Below are positions 42,701 to 51,639 of a stretch of DNA of 63,338 bases, in pieces (position 1 is the first letter of the stretch; the number at the start of each line of letters is the position of its first letter). The DNA is taken from positions 1 through 63,338 of IMG/VR virus record IMGVR_UViG_3300037420_001819. One strand, 5' to 3'. Position numbers and translations under genes: made by a program. The DNA is from a virus. Taxonomy: Duplodnaviria; Caudoviricetes. The notes below the pieces were generated by a model. That model had not been told where the DNA came from. It saw only the letters and a program-made list of their open reading frames with translations, and searched no databases.

Positions 42701-44693
42701 CCTCCGGGTGCGCGGCCGCGAACCTACGCATCCGCTCGGTGCTGGCGTGGAGCTCGTCGATCTCCTTCTTGGCCAGCCGGGCCGACCCGCCCAGTTGCCG
42801 GATGTATTCGTCGTTGCCGGCCAGATCCTGCTTCTGCTGGGTGTTGGCCTGTTCGTCGGCGGCGGTGGCGTCCTCGCCCGCCTTGGTCTTGTACAGCGCC
42901 TCCAGCTTGTCGCGGGCGCGCTGCAGGATGCCCTGCTGGTTCGCGTCGAGCTTGCCGCGCTGCCGCGCGGCCTGCGCCTGGATGCTGTTGATCGTGTCCT
43001 CGGTGTCGCTGATCAGCGCGTCGGTGGTCTTCTCGCGGCCGATCTTCTTCATCGCCTCCCACAGGTCGCCGAAGGCCAGGGCGACGCCGTGCACCGCCTC
43101 CTCCAGCAGCCCCATGTCGTGGGTCTGGCTCTTGAGGAAGGTGTCGTAGTCCTTGGTCAGTTCGGTCAGCGCCTCCTGCTTGCGGCCCTGCTCCTCCAGC
43201 GCCTTGATCTGCAGGTACTGCGCCGCGGTCAGGCCGTGCAGCTCGAGCGCAGCCTTCGCCGGGGCGTCGGCCCACTTCAGCATCTCCTGCGCCGCCTTCT
43301 CGGCGCTCTGCCCGGTCAGCTCGCCGAAGCGCACCGCCGCGTCGCCCATGTAGACCAGCGCCTCGCCGTTGACCTTGCCCGAGGCCAGCAGCACGTCGAG
43401 CGCCTTGGTGATCTTGCCGAAGCCGGTGTCGGTGGTGCTGCGGATCTGCTCGCGCAGGTTCTCGAACCCGCCCGCCGAGATCCCGGCCCAGTGGTTGGTC
43501 ACCGCCAGCATGTTGTTCAGGCGGGCGCTCTCCGCCGCGCCCTGGGCCGCCGCGAAGGCGAACGCGCCGAGCGCCACGGTCAGCAGGCCGACCGGGCTGA
43601 GCAGCAGGGCGACCATGGTCTCCAGCTTGCCCATGTACTGCAGCAACAGCGTCGCCGAGCCGGCCATGCGGGTGAAGTCGCCGCGCAGCGCCTCGCGCAC
43701 CAGCACCAGGCTCTCGCGCACCTTGCTGGAGGAGCCGTGCACGGCGGCCCCCATGACCCCGGCCGCTCCCGCCGCGCGCGCCGCCGCCTTTTCCGCGGCC
43801 AGCGCCGCCGCCGCCTCCTCGCGCGCCGCCGCCGCCGCCTCGGCGCCGCGCTGCTTCCACATCCGCATCCGGAAGGCCAGGGTCTCGGCCGCGACCCGGT
43901 CTTCGGCCTTGGCCGCGGCGGCCGCGGACGCCGCCACCTCGCGGTCGGCCGCGATCGCCGCCGCCGCCGCCTGCCGGGTCATGGCCATGCGGAACCGCAT
44001 CGTCGCTTCCGCCTCGGCCAGCGCCGCCCGCTCGGCCGCCGCCACCGCGGCCGCGGTCTGCGCCTCGGTCGCCGCCTCCTCCCGCGCCCGCTGCCGCGCC
44101 AACGCGACGCGCGCGCGAACCGTCGCCTCGGCTTCGGCCAGGGCCTGCTTGTCGGCCGCGGCCTGCGCCGCCGCCACCTCCCGGTCCGCGGCGATCTGTT
44201 CGGCGGCCTGCTGCCGGGTCATCGCCATGCGCAGGCGCAGCATCGACTCGGACTCGGCCAGTTCCGCCTTGTCCGTGGCGGCCCGCTCCGCCGCCACCGC
44301 CTTGTCGAGGGCGGCTTCATCGCGCGCGCGCTGACGCGCCATGCGCATCTGGAAGGCGGTGGTCCGCTCGGCCCCGCGCTGAGCCGCGTCCTCCGCCGTG
44401 CGGCGGAGCTTCATCAGGTCGTTTTCCGCGCGCATGGCGTCCTGGATGGCGCGGATCTGCTTGTCGGTGGTGGTGTCGCCGATCTGGCGGGCGAACGCCT
44501 CGCCCCGCATGCCCTGGTTGATGGTCTTCAGCGAGCGGGCCATGCGCGCGGCGCTGGCCTCGACCGAGGCGGCCGCGGTGTCGGCCTGCGCCTTCAGGCC
44601 GGTCAGGCTGGCGCCGAACTGGTCGACCAGGCCTTCCGACCGCGCCAGTTCGCTGACGTCGACCTTCAGACCGAGCGTGGGAAATTCAGACAC
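39738..44693 (-). CDS. tail tape measure protein
   Basis: 1651 aa Ala-rich helical protein after the tail chaperones. Confidence 0.92.
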   Translation of the reverse strand: MSEFPTLGLKVDVSELARSEGLVDQFGASLTGLKAQADTAAASVEASAARMARSLKTINQGMRGEAFARQIGDTTTDKQIRAIQDAMRAENDLMKLRRTAEDAAQRGAERTTAFQMRMARQRARDEAALDKAVAAERAATDKAELAESESMLRLRMAMTRQQAAEQIAADREVAAAQAAADKQALAEAEATVRARVALARQRAREEAATEAQTAAAVAAAERAALAEAEATMRFRMAMTRQAAAAAIAADREVAASAAAAAKAEDRVAAETLAFRMRMWKQRGAEAAAAAREEAAAALAAEKAAARAAGAAGVMGAAVHGSSSKVRESLVLVREALRGDFTRMAGSATLLLQYMGKLETMVALLLSPVGLLTVALGAFAFAAAQGAAESARLNNMLAVTNHWAGISAGGFENLREQIRSTTDTGFGKITKALDVLLASGKVNGEALVYMGDAAVRFGELTGQSAEKAAQEMLKWADAPAKAALELHGLTAAQYLQIKALEEQGRKQEALTELTKDYDTFLKSQTHDMGLLEEAVHGVALAFGDLWEAMKKIGREKTTDALISDTEDTINSIQAQAARQRGKLDANQQGILQRARDKLEALYKTKAGEDATAADEQANTQQKQDLAGNDEYIRQLGGSARLAKKEIDELHASTERMRRFAAAHPEDAASVAAYQERLARQGQMEDYIRHKYDKADYGGGGAERTIGRLRAEVAGLQKQVDDLDSDPLSEIAAKIQKAGDAAAAQFPANHGSAYAGTAEAFARAKEELQIRLQLLDASAKAQRAAQNNAAALKLEADARARAADEAVAYYAANDNSIDGYVRMVQAQEKAETDAAVASKALAIAQRFGVNSVDEIAAAYQKATGVSAKAAQGVEDQAKAELAAEAATIRLTAAMKDQQRAQDAAVGYAREIEDLRRYTVALLRGAEAMAEFNRQKEKQQAAAARAQADSPLANAYNGMTASRAVDYKNDLQYRSMLAERLAAIQAETDDLRLTADEKDLGFKELVQQYLLAHKGATQEQAEIQVRADLRHIVLMKQALEVVRATTDEIRRAFIETGRLDFKSLKQNLERQLRKAVYDGLMKQPIDVAVNAVVNVVTQGIERLVAQLKAAVKGEGDGQGGWADKLGKLFGKVMNSKVPGASDGQTVGQFAGNMFAGMQAGQQAADMFGIHGSNKGGGKGQQMLDMAAAAIGTYFGGPLGAAVGTLISRVVGKAILGKESNHGAYAKFDATGGYTIVGDKATEQTRAAAGQIGTAVGGLLDALKKVGIDAAGVIKGIDIGSRDPTHIRLANGMDVRSKTGDVQAAIEAAGKAMLQYAHYDDPREKALVDQMIAANKSFQDIVDKLDQFIQAQKVPGDLKLALLKYTDPTQYALQSLQQQQVDRRKQIQAYADQGFYTPEQLAEINSTLSALESSEIADALAQLATGADGAAASLKQLQDAQKQLAEYVAGLKTGALSPLSPSALLAETQGKYQDALTKAQGGDLSALQNISGLSNDYLGAARAYYGSSQGYADIFDKVFGQLDALSTQPMQDPLIGALETQVQKLIDALHQDNLDIIHALGGTPGAPASSPPPPPPSYDPALLKLDSLAEELAYAITHNMSFKEVVDAVAAARAAIQQQTQAVVQTTEAGFSSLADATQAATTTQAALAGGQVAA

Positions 44694-44734
44694 GGTCGCC
44701 CCCTTGCAAAGCGCTCGGGGGCGACCTTAACGGA

Positions 44735-45166
44735 TCAGGCCGATTCGGCGCGGAAGTTGGCGAGGTCGTCGGCGAAGCGCAGCGCGGCGTCGGCGATCCA
44801 GCGCGTCTCCTTCAGGCGGGCGAAGGAGATCAGGTCGCCCTCGGCCGGGACCTGTTCGCCCGGGGCCTCGCCGGAGAAGTTCTCCACCGCCGTCACCAGC
44901 CGGGCGAACTTGCGCGCCGGCTCGGCCTTGCCCGCCTCGACGGCCAGGCTGACCGGATCGCCGCGCAACTTCTTCGCCCCCTCGCGGATCATCTCGTCCA
45001 GCAGCTGCTGGTAGGCGTCCGACTGGGTCGAGCGCACCTTCAGCCGCACCGGGCGGCCGCCGACCAGCACCGGCGCGTCGCCGCCGGGCTCCTTCAGCGT
45101 CATCCACGCGCCCTGCTCGAGCTTGTCGAGCGACAGGAGCGCGGCGACGGCGTCAAACTTCATCAT
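44735..45166 (-). CDS. second tail assembly chaperone (paralog of 45575-46048)
   Basis: Aligns end to end with the 45575-46048 product (GAWMTL, PVRLKVRS, ENFSGEA, TRWIA). Confidence 0.75.
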   Translation of the reverse strand: MMKFDAVAALLSLDKLEQGAWMTLKEPGGDAPVLVGGRPVRLKVRSTQSDAYQQLLDEMIREGAKKLRGDPVSLAVEAGKAEPARKFARLVTAVENFSGEAPGEQVPAEGDLISFARLKETRWIADAALRFADDLANFRAESA

Positions 45167-45596
45167 CTTTCGGGCCCTTCCGGGTCTGTTGCTGCGGCCG
45201 GCACCGGAGCCAGGTCCAGTCGAGCCGGATCAGCGTCTCCGCGTCGAATTCGTCGAGATCGAGCCGGTAGTTCTGGCTGAAGGCCAGGATCTCGCTGTGG
45301 GTCAGCCGGCCGTGGCCCATGCCGCCCTCCGTCGTGCCCCGGAGCTCGTCGTACCAGTCGAGCAGGTAGAGCAGGCGGTTCGTCGGCTCGGCCTTCGGTT
45401 TCGGCTTGCGGGGCCGGCGAGGTTTCCCGCCTGCGGCCTGGGCGGCCTCGGCGGCCCGCTGCGCCTTCCACTTCTCGAGGCGCTTGAGGTGATCGGAGAC
45501 GGCGGACCCGCCCAGTTCGACCCGGTCGAGGAAGCGTTCCTCGGCCAGCCTGAACAGGTCCGCCCGTTCCTCGATCAGGCCGCGGCGGGGTTTCCC
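45153..45596 (-). CDS. tail chaperone T segment, expressed by -1 frameshift (gpGT-like)
   Basis: GKPRRGLIEER...LTHSEILAFS...DAETLIRLD; frame entered at slippery GGGAAAC; no convincing start of its own. Confidence 0.75.
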   Translation of the reverse strand, partial: GKPRRGLIEERADLFRLAEERFLDRVELGGSAVSDHLKRLEKWKAQRAAEAAQAAGGKPRRPRKPKPKAEPTNRLLYLLDWYDELRGTTEGGMGHGRLTHSEILAFSQNYRLDLDEFDAETLIRLDWTWLRCRPQQQTRKGPKDDEV

Positions 45597-46048
45597 GCGG
45601 CGTCGCCGTAGTTGGCCTTGTCGGCGGCGTGCTCGGAGACCTGCTCGGCGATCCAGCGGGTGTTCGACGCGCGCGCGATCGCCTGCTTGTCGTCGTCGGA
45701 CGGGGTCTGCAGCGCCTCGCCGCCGAAGTTCTCGAAATCGACGGCCAGCACCGAAAAGCTCTGCGGGAGGTCGTCGCGGATCCGCTTCAGCGCCAGTTCG
45801 AGGCGCTGCGCCTCGGACTTGACCCGGCGGTTGTCGGCGGCGCCGCGGCGCGCCTGCTGGTCGGTCAGGTTCTGGAACGCCTCCGACAGCACCGAGCGGA
45901 CCCGGATGCGCAGCGGCTTGCTCCGGTCGGTCTTGCCGTCGACCTGCGCGAACAGCGGTTCGCCGTCGGTCGGGTCGCGAAGGTGGCACCAGGTCCCGGT
46001 CTCGATCAGATCGGGCTTCAGGATCTCGGCAACGGATCCGAGCTTCAT
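45575..46048 (-). CDS. tail assembly chaperone (gpG-like)
   Basis: Between tube and tape measure; GGGAG RBS; slippery heptamer near the 3' end. Confidence 0.8.
   Translation of the reverse strand: MKLGSVAEILKPDLIETGTWCHLRDPTDGEPLFAQVDGKTDRSKPLRIRVRSVLSEAFQNLTDQQARRGAADNRRVKSEAQRLELALKRIRDDLPQSFSVLAVDFENFGGEALQTPSDDDKQAIARASNTRWIAEQVSEHAADKANYGDAAGNPAAA
45590..45596 (-). other. programmed -1 frameshift site G GGA AAC
   Basis: X XXY YYZ heptamer in frame just before the chaperone stop; the -1 frame is open to 45153. Confidence 0.8.
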
Positions 46049-46081
46049 GCGTTAACTCCCGTGGGTTTTCATCGCGGGGTT

Positions 46082-46132
46082 TGAAAAAGTGACGGCGGGC
46101 GACTGGAAACCCCACGCTAACAGCCGCCCGCC
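46082..46132 (-). terminator. intrinsic terminator after the tail tube gene
   Basis: GGCGGGCGGCTG...CAGTCGCCCGCC then GTCACTTTTTC on -. Confidence 0.6.
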
Positions 46133-46200
46133 TTACGCCCTCGCCGCCCGAGCCGCGCGCCCCCGGAGAGGCCCGCGACTCAGGCGACATCGGGACCGTA

Positions 46201-47115
46201 TCAGGCCGACCGGGTGATCGACATCACCGTGCCGCTCGCCGAGTCGTAGCGCGCCCGCCAGTTGATCTCCTGCAGCAGCACGCCGCGGTTCTGCAGCGAG
46301 CGGCCCATGCTCTCGTAGTAGGCGCCCGGGATGGTGAACTGCCGGAAGTTGGTCGCGCCGTTGTCGCCCGCCTTGAACACCAGCGGGATGGCGGCGAACG
46401 CCGACAGGCGGGCCGACTCCAGCGCGTCCTCGTACGGGACGGTGATCGAGCCGGACACGGTGACGGTGGACGGGATGTAGTCCCGCGCCGTGCGCTGGCC
46501 CAGGACGTACAGCGGGTCGATCTGCCGCTCGACGGTGATGCTGCCGGCGGTCACCGGCCGCGCCGAACCGCCGATCGTCACGGTGGCGTCGGCGAAGCCG
46601 AACGGGTCGACGTTCGGCGCCGGCGTGGTGGTGGTGGCCAGCGAGGTGACCGCGTCGAGCGATCCGGACTTGGCCATGACGCCGTAGGTGGCCGTCACCT
46701 TGGCGTCCTCGGCCGCCTGGAAGCCGAACTCGGCCCGACGGACGCAGCAGCCGGTGAACTGGTCGAACAGCGTCAGGTCGGTGGCGCCCCACTCGCCGGA
46801 GAAGCTGGACAGGACGTCCTTCAGCTTCAGCGTGTTGGCGGTGAAGACGTCGCCCGCCAGCAGTTCGAGCAGGACGTCGTGGGTGTCGTCCTGCATCTCG
46901 GTGACGATGTCGATGTCGTTCTTCTGCACGCCCTTGATGAAGCGGTCGATGAACGGGTGGGTGCGGATCTGGCCGGACTCGACCAGTCCGATCGCCTGGT
47001 CGCGCTTGGACGACACGACCGGGATCTCGATCATGGTGGGCGTCGCCGGCGTGGTGCCGAACGTGACCTCCTTGATCACCTTGATAGCCTGTTTGGAGCC
47101 GCGCGCCGCAGCCAT
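46201..47115 (-). CDS. major tail tube protein
   Basis: IKEVTFGTTPATP N-terminus; 304 aa; synteny. Confidence 0.85.
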   Translation of the reverse strand: MAAARGSKQAIKVIKEVTFGTTPATPTMIEIPVVSSKRDQAIGLVESGQIRTHPFIDRFIKGVQKNDIDIVTEMQDDTHDVLLELLAGDVFTANTLKLKDVLSSFSGEWGATDLTLFDQFTGCCVRRAEFGFQAAEDAKVTATYGVMAKSGSLDAVTSLATTTTPAPNVDPFGFADATVTIGGSARPVTAGSITVERQIDPLYVLGQRTARDYIPSTVTVSGSITVPYEDALESARLSAFAAIPLVFKAGDNGATNFRQFTIPGAYYESMGRSLQNRGVLLQEINWRARYDSASGTVMSITRSA

Positions 47116-47182
47116 GGCCTTATTCTCCTGAACGGCCCGCTACGGGCGGGCGATGATGCGGGGTTTCTTTTTCTTGGACGGC

Positions 47183-47719
47183 TCAGACCAGGCGGACGCT
47201 GAAGCCGGGGGCGTTGACCTGAACCAGGGCCGGGGCCAGCGCCTGCGCCTCCTCGGTCGACAGGCCGTGGATGATCACGTCCGTCGCGCCGAGCTTGTGG
47301 GCGAGGTCGACCGCGGCGAACACCGGGCTGGCCGGGCCGACGTTGAGCGCGCCGGGGTGCTCGGACAGGCCGGAGGTGCCGCCCTGTTCGAAGTCGCGGC
47401 CCAGGGTGTAGACCGGCGCGGCGCCGACGGCGCCGAAGTCGATCGCGGCGTCGAAGCGCAGGTAGACGTCGCCCTTCGGGTAGGTCGCCTTGACGTGCGG
47501 CGGCAGCGCCGACGGGTGGCGGTGGCCGTAGTCGCCCTCGGCGGCCGGGTCCTTGTCCAGGCGCGCGCGGGTCTGCGGCACGATCACCTTGCGGCCGTCG
47601 GCCAGGGTCGGCGGGTAGCTGGAGCCGGCGGCGACCAGCACCTTGGCGAAGGTGGTCTCGGCGGCGGGGCTCAGATCGACCAGCGGGGTCTCCGCGGTCT
47701 CGGTGGACTTCGTCTTCAT
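47183..47719 (-). CDS. hypothetical protein, possibly a degenerate DUF115/GT-like Rossmann domain
   Basis: MKTKSTE...; KVLVAAGSS and SPVFAAVDLAHKLGATDVIIHGL. Confidence 0.5.
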   Translation of the reverse strand: MKTKSTETAETPLVDLSPAAETTFAKVLVAAGSSYPPTLADGRKVIVPQTRARLDKDPAAEGDYGHRHPSALPPHVKATYPKGDVYLRFDAAIDFGAVGAAPVYTLGRDFEQGGTSGLSEHPGALNVGPASPVFAAVDLAHKLGATDVIIHGLSTEEAQALAPALVQVNAPGFSVRLV

Positions 47720-48156
47720 CAGATTCCGATGCTCCAGATGATGCTCAGGGACTGGTACAGCCACCCCGGCGGCTCCAGCGGAGGGCCGAGGTTGATCTTG
47801 TCGACCTGGACCTTGACGGCGCCCGCCGCCAGGTCCGTGCCGAAGGGGTAGGCCGCGCGCACCACGGCGTTGAGGTCGTCGAGTTGGTCCTGGCTCTGCC
47901 CGAACCGGGCGAACAGGCCGACCGAGAAGATGCCGCGGGTCGAGACCCGGGCGCTCGGGCCCATGGTCTTCGGGGTCAGGTCGCTGGTGTGGAACGACGG
48001 GCGCGCGTAGACCGCCAGGCCCGCGTCGCTCCACGCCAGGCCCGGCCAGCGGATCTGACAGCCGGGCAGGGCGGCGTCGGCCTGGTAGCCCGCCGCGGCC
48101 ATGGCCTGCGCCAGCTTCAGCTCGAACGCCTTGCGGATGGTCTTGTCGTCGGTCAC
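47719..48156 (-). CDS. tail terminator protein (DUF4128-like)
   Basis: IRKAFE...IRWPG...GIFSVGLF...WLYQSLSIIW; synteny. Confidence 0.7.
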   Translation of the reverse strand: MTDDKTIRKAFELKLAQAMAAAGYQADAALPGCQIRWPGLAWSDAGLAVYARPSFHTSDLTPKTMGPSARVSTRGIFSVGLFARFGQSQDQLDDLNAVVRAAYPFGTDLAAGAVKVQVDKINLGPPLEPPGWLYQSLSIIWSIGI

Positions 48157-48656
48157 CCGGCGCCTCCCGTCATCACGGTCAGCTTAGCTTTGTCCAACAG
48201 CGGCCCGGCCTCAAGCTCGGCGGTGATCTCCACCCACGGGCGCCGGCCGATGTGCTCGTGCCGCTCGAGGCCTTCGTGCACCCACCAGCCGTAGCCGACC
48301 CAGTTCCACAGGCACAGCACCGGCTCGAACTTCAGGGACTCGACGATCTTTCCCTTCATGTTCGCCACCGTGGCGTCGCCGCGCGGATCCTCGAGGTGGT
48401 GGACGCCCATCAGCGGCACGAACGCCGGGGCGTGCGGTCCGGCGTCCCAGCCCGCGCGCAGCCGGCCGGTGGCGACGTATTCGGTCAGCGGGTACTGGCC
48501 GGCGGTGTCGGCCTCCTGCGGGCCCGGCGTCTGCTTCACCAGCCGGGTGGCGATCGAGAAGGTCCATTCGCGCACCACCGCCCATTGCTGCGCCTTGTGC
48601 AGCTCGATCATCCTGCGCGTCTTGCGGGCGAATTCGGCGGCCGTGTCCCCGCTCAT
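48153..48656 (-). CDS. neck/tail-completion protein (HK97 gp10-like)
   Basis: VKQTP...ATGRLRAGW...NWVGYGWWVHEG. Confidence 0.7.
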   Translation of the reverse strand: MSGDTAAEFARKTRRMIELHKAQQWAVVREWTFSIATRLVKQTPGPQEADTAGQYPLTEYVATGRLRAGWDAGPHAPAFVPLMGVHHLEDPRGDATVANMKGKIVESLKFEPVLCLWNWVGYGWWVHEGLERHEHIGRRPWVEITAELEAGPLLDKAKLTVMTGGAG

Positions 48657-48985
48657 GTGCGCAGCTGCAGCTTCCAGCCGTTCTGCGCGCCGGCGAAGAA
48701 GCGCCGCGCGACATGGGCGACGACGTAGTCGGTCCCCGCCGCGCGCACGCCCCAGGTCTCCGGCACGACCTCGGCGGGCAGGTCGGCGGTCAGCAGGTAG
48801 AGGGTGGCGACGGCCTTGAAGCCCAGCCCCTCGGCGTCGACCTTGCACAGCGAGCCGGTCACCTCGGGCAGCGCGGCCGCGGCGTTCGGGTCGAAGTTCG
48901 CGCCCGGGCTGTAGGCCGCCGCCGCCGGGCGGAGAACCTGCACCGTGCACGGGTTGGCCTCGATCAGGGCGGCGATCGGATCCAT
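48653..48985 (-). CDS. head closure protein
   Basis: 110 aa; position between adaptor and neck genes. Confidence 0.6.
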   Translation of the reverse strand: MDPIAALIEANPCTVQVLRPAAAAYSPGANFDPNAAAALPEVTGSLCKVDAEGLGFKAVATLYLLTADLPAEVVPETWGVRAAGTDYVVAHVARRFFAGAQNGWKLQLRT

Positions 48986-49401
48986 CAGAACCCCGGCGGC
49001 GGGACGTTGGAGGGGTGGGTCGGGTCGACGCGCTGCGCCAGCACCTCCGACGCGGTCGCGCCGCCGACGAAGATGCCGCAGAAGTCCGCGCCGGAGAGCG
49101 CCGGCGTCGAGGCCGCTTCCCGCTTGGCCTGCGCCTCGAGCTGCACGGCCAGTTCGGCGAAACGCCGGGACGCCTGCGAATACTGCACGCCCTGGCCGTC
49201 GACGGTGGTGTCGACCTTGCGGGCGAATTTCATGGAGAGGTCGCGCGCGAGCTGAGCGGCGGTCGCCGTCTCGCCGCGGGTGGCCAGATAGGCCGTGATC
49301 GTCTCGTCCTGGACGAGGGCGGCGGCCGGGTCCGTGTCGCCGATCAGCTGGCGGACCCGGCTGACCGGATCACTCAGGTCCGCGTTGAACGTCACCGCCA
49401 T
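48985..49401 (-). CDS. head-tail adaptor protein
   Basis: SRVRQLIGDTD...QDETITAYL...YSQ pattern. Confidence 0.75.
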   Translation of the reverse strand: MAVTFNADLSDPVSRVRQLIGDTDPAAALVQDETITAYLATRGETATAAQLARDLSMKFARKVDTTVDGQGVQYSQASRRFAELAVQLEAQAKREAASTPALSGADFCGIFVGGATASEVLAQRVDPTHPSNVPPPGF

Positions 49402-50095
49402 CTTGCCCCTCCGGCCCTTGCTCAGCCGTAGAGGCGCCCGAATCGGCGCCCGGGGTCAATTCGTCGCCGTAATCGGCGTCCGACGAAACGTCGTCGGCCG
49501 TCTCGCCTTCCGTCCCGCCTTCGCCGGACGTCTGGCCTTCCGCTACGTCCTCGCCGGCGGTCTCCTCGACCGGGGCGGGCGGCGGCGGGACCTGCTTGGC
49601 CTGTTCCACCGCCGCGGCGGTGGCGTCGAGCCCGTCGAGGAACAGGTCGACTCGCTTCAGGCCGTTGATCTGCCCGCCCGGGTTCAGCCGGCCGCCCTGC
49701 GCGTCGTAGACGTCGTAGTGGCGGAAGTTGCCCTTGCGGGTCTCGACCAGGAAGCGGCCGCGGTGCGGCGTCGCCCCGGCCGGGAGCCCGGCGGCGGGCG
49801 AAGCCGGAGCGCCTTTCGGCAGCTCCAGCCCCATCGCCTTCAGGCCGTCGACGGTGAAGCCCCTCGGAACGCGCCCCTCGGGCAGGGCACGAAGACACGC
49901 GGCCAGGTTCTCTTGGGTGAGTTCCCCGATCATGCGCGCCTCGTACATCTGCCGCGCCCTTCGCTCCCCGAGCGCGAGCTGACGCCACGGGAAGGCGTCG
50001 CCCGGTCCGAACGAGCGGCCCGAAACCGAGGCGATCGGCTTCATGGCGATCATCTGGGCGCCGGTGTTGAAGGGGAGGAGAGCGTTCCGTTTCAT
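49370..50095 (-). CDS. hypothetical post-capsid protein with acidic tail containing DYGD
   Basis: 241 aa starting 3 nt after the capsid stop; acidic low-complexity C-terminus. Confidence 0.7.
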   Translation of the reverse strand: MKRNALLPFNTGAQMIAMKPIASVSGRSFGPGDAFPWRQLALGERRARQMYEARMIGELTQENLAACLRALPEGRVPRGFTVDGLKAMGLELPKGAPASPAAGLPAGATPHRGRFLVETRKGNFRHYDVYDAQGGRLNPGGQINGLKRVDLFLDGLDATAAAVEQAKQVPPPPAPVEETAGEDVAEGQTSGEGGTEGETADDVSSDADYGDELTPGADSGASTAEQGPEGQDGGDVQRGPE

Positions 50096-50098
50096 GGC

Positions 50099-51133
50099 TT
50101 ACACCGCGTTCGTCAGCAGGATGCCCAGGTTGACCGCCGTCACCTTGGGCACGGTGTACCAGCGCGATTCGACCCATTCAGCAGCCGGACGCTGGGTGAC
50201 GTAGCGGGCGATGTAAAGGCCCTCGCTGTTCAGCTTTCCGCCGAACGGTTGCGGGGCCACGCCGCCGGAGTCCGCCGCGCCGGTCCAGCCGAAGCGGTAA
50301 CCCGCCGACGGCACCTCGATCGACGGCGCGTCCGGGGCGTACCAGAGGAAGACGTTCTTGCCCCAGATGTCCTGGACGTTGGCCGCGGCGCCCTGGGCGG
50401 CGGTGTTCTGCACGCCTTCGGGGACCAGGATCTCGGTGTCCATCTCGAACAGCGCCGAGATCGACTGCTTGTTGATCTTGGCCGGCGCGCCGTTGGAGCC
50501 GGTGAACTTCACCCGGTCGATCAGGTCCGGGTGCTCGGTCAGCGCGTTCAGCACCGCCTCGCCCATCAGCATCCGGTTCGGCTTGAACCCGGTCAGCAGA
50601 CGCATGGTCAGCTTCAGCTGCTTGATCAGCGCGATCGGGTCCGAGGCCGGGTCCGACCACTTGCGGAAGGTGGTGACGTTGTCCTCGCCGGCGGCGACGC
50701 CGTTCAGCTTCTGGCCCCAGACGGTGTTCAGGACCAGGGTGGCGATGTCGATCTCGAGCGAGAGGTGCGCCTGGAAGGTGACGAACTCGGTCTTCAGGTT
50801 GGCCAGACCGACGATGCCGCCGACCTGGGCGTTGTTCAGGTCGCGGTTGGTCCAGTTCGCCGACACGCCGTACTCGTCGACCGAGTAGGTGGCCTTCTGG
50901 AAGGCGAAGCCGCCGAGCGGGGGCGACTCGCCGTTGGCCAGCTTCTTGGCCTGCGGGCGGAGCCATTCGTCGCGCGGCAGCACGTTGTACTCGCCGAACT
51001 GCGCGCCGACGCCGATGGCGGGGAAGACCTGACGGCCGATGAACATGGTCTGCTTCGGCAGGAAGCTGATCGCCATGTTGGTGAGGCGCGGCGTGAAGTT
51101 CTGGGTCAGCGCGCGACCTTCGGGTTGAGGCAT
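50099..51133 (-). CDS. major capsid protein
   Basis: LTNMAISF...VFP...KWSDPASDPI...KPNRMLMG...LTEHPDLIDRVK...PSAGYRF, typical MCP pattern. Confidence 0.9.
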   Translation of the reverse strand: MPQPEGRALTQNFTPRLTNMAISFLPKQTMFIGRQVFPAIGVGAQFGEYNVLPRDEWLRPQAKKLANGESPPLGGFAFQKATYSVDEYGVSANWTNRDLNNAQVGGIVGLANLKTEFVTFQAHLSLEIDIATLVLNTVWGQKLNGVAAGEDNVTTFRKWSDPASDPIALIKQLKLTMRLLTGFKPNRMLMGEAVLNALTEHPDLIDRVKFTGSNGAPAKINKQSISALFEMDTEILVPEGVQNTAAQGAAANVQDIWGKNVFLWYAPDAPSIEVPSAGYRFGWTGAADSGGVAPQPFGGKLNSEGLYIARYVTQRPAAEWVESRWYTVPKVTAVNLGILLTNAV

Positions 51134-51207
51134 TGGAGCTCTCCGTGTCGGATGCCCTTGCGGGCGAAAAAAGGATCCGTGGGGTTTCGGAGGGCGCTAC
51201 GCGGGGC

Positions 51208-51576
51208 TTAGCCGGCCAGCGAGCCGGGGGCCCAGATGAATTCGGCGATGCCGCCGGCGGCGCCCGCCTTGGTCACCTGACCGAAGAAGAAGGCGCCGGC
51301 GCCGACGGCCGGGATGCCCTTGCCGTTGGCGTCGGACATCACCTTGTCGCCCAGCGCCAGCGGGGTGGCGCCGACTTCGATCTCGTTCCCGGCGTTGCCG
51401 CTCTCGATGCGGGCCAGTTCGCCCGCGGCCGGGCTGTTGTACATGACGCCGACGCCGTGGGCGCCGTTGCCGCAGAGCACGGCGTTGCCGTTGTTCTTGA
51501 CGGCGACGAAGCGGGCGACGGTGGCCGAGTAGTCGGCGTCCGCCGGCAGCGAGGTGATGCGATCCGGATTACGCAT
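51208..51576 (-). CDS. capsid decoration/cement protein (DUF2190-like)
   Basis: Small Gly/Ala-rich protein, GDKVMSDANGKG, before the MCP. Confidence 0.75.
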   Translation of the reverse strand: MRNPDRITSLPADADYSATVARFVAVKNNGNAVLCGNGAHGVGVMYNSPAAGELARIESGNAGNEIEVGATPLALGDKVMSDANGKGIPAVGAGAFFFGQVTKAGAAGGIAEFIWAPGSLAG

Positions 51577-51639
51577 GATTGGTGTTCCCGATGATGTTGA
51601 TCCGGCCCGGTCGCGGTCGCGCCGGGCCTGTGTTGACGC

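Noticed and set aside
41193-45014. Very long + strand ORFs opposite structural genes (1273 aa here; also 32699-35968, 37415-39901, 49295-51211) and similar shadow ORFs elsewhere
   Set aside because: Antisense or off-frame shadows caused by high GC3; Arg/Gly/Pro-rich with no motifs or RBS, and they overlap well-supported genes.
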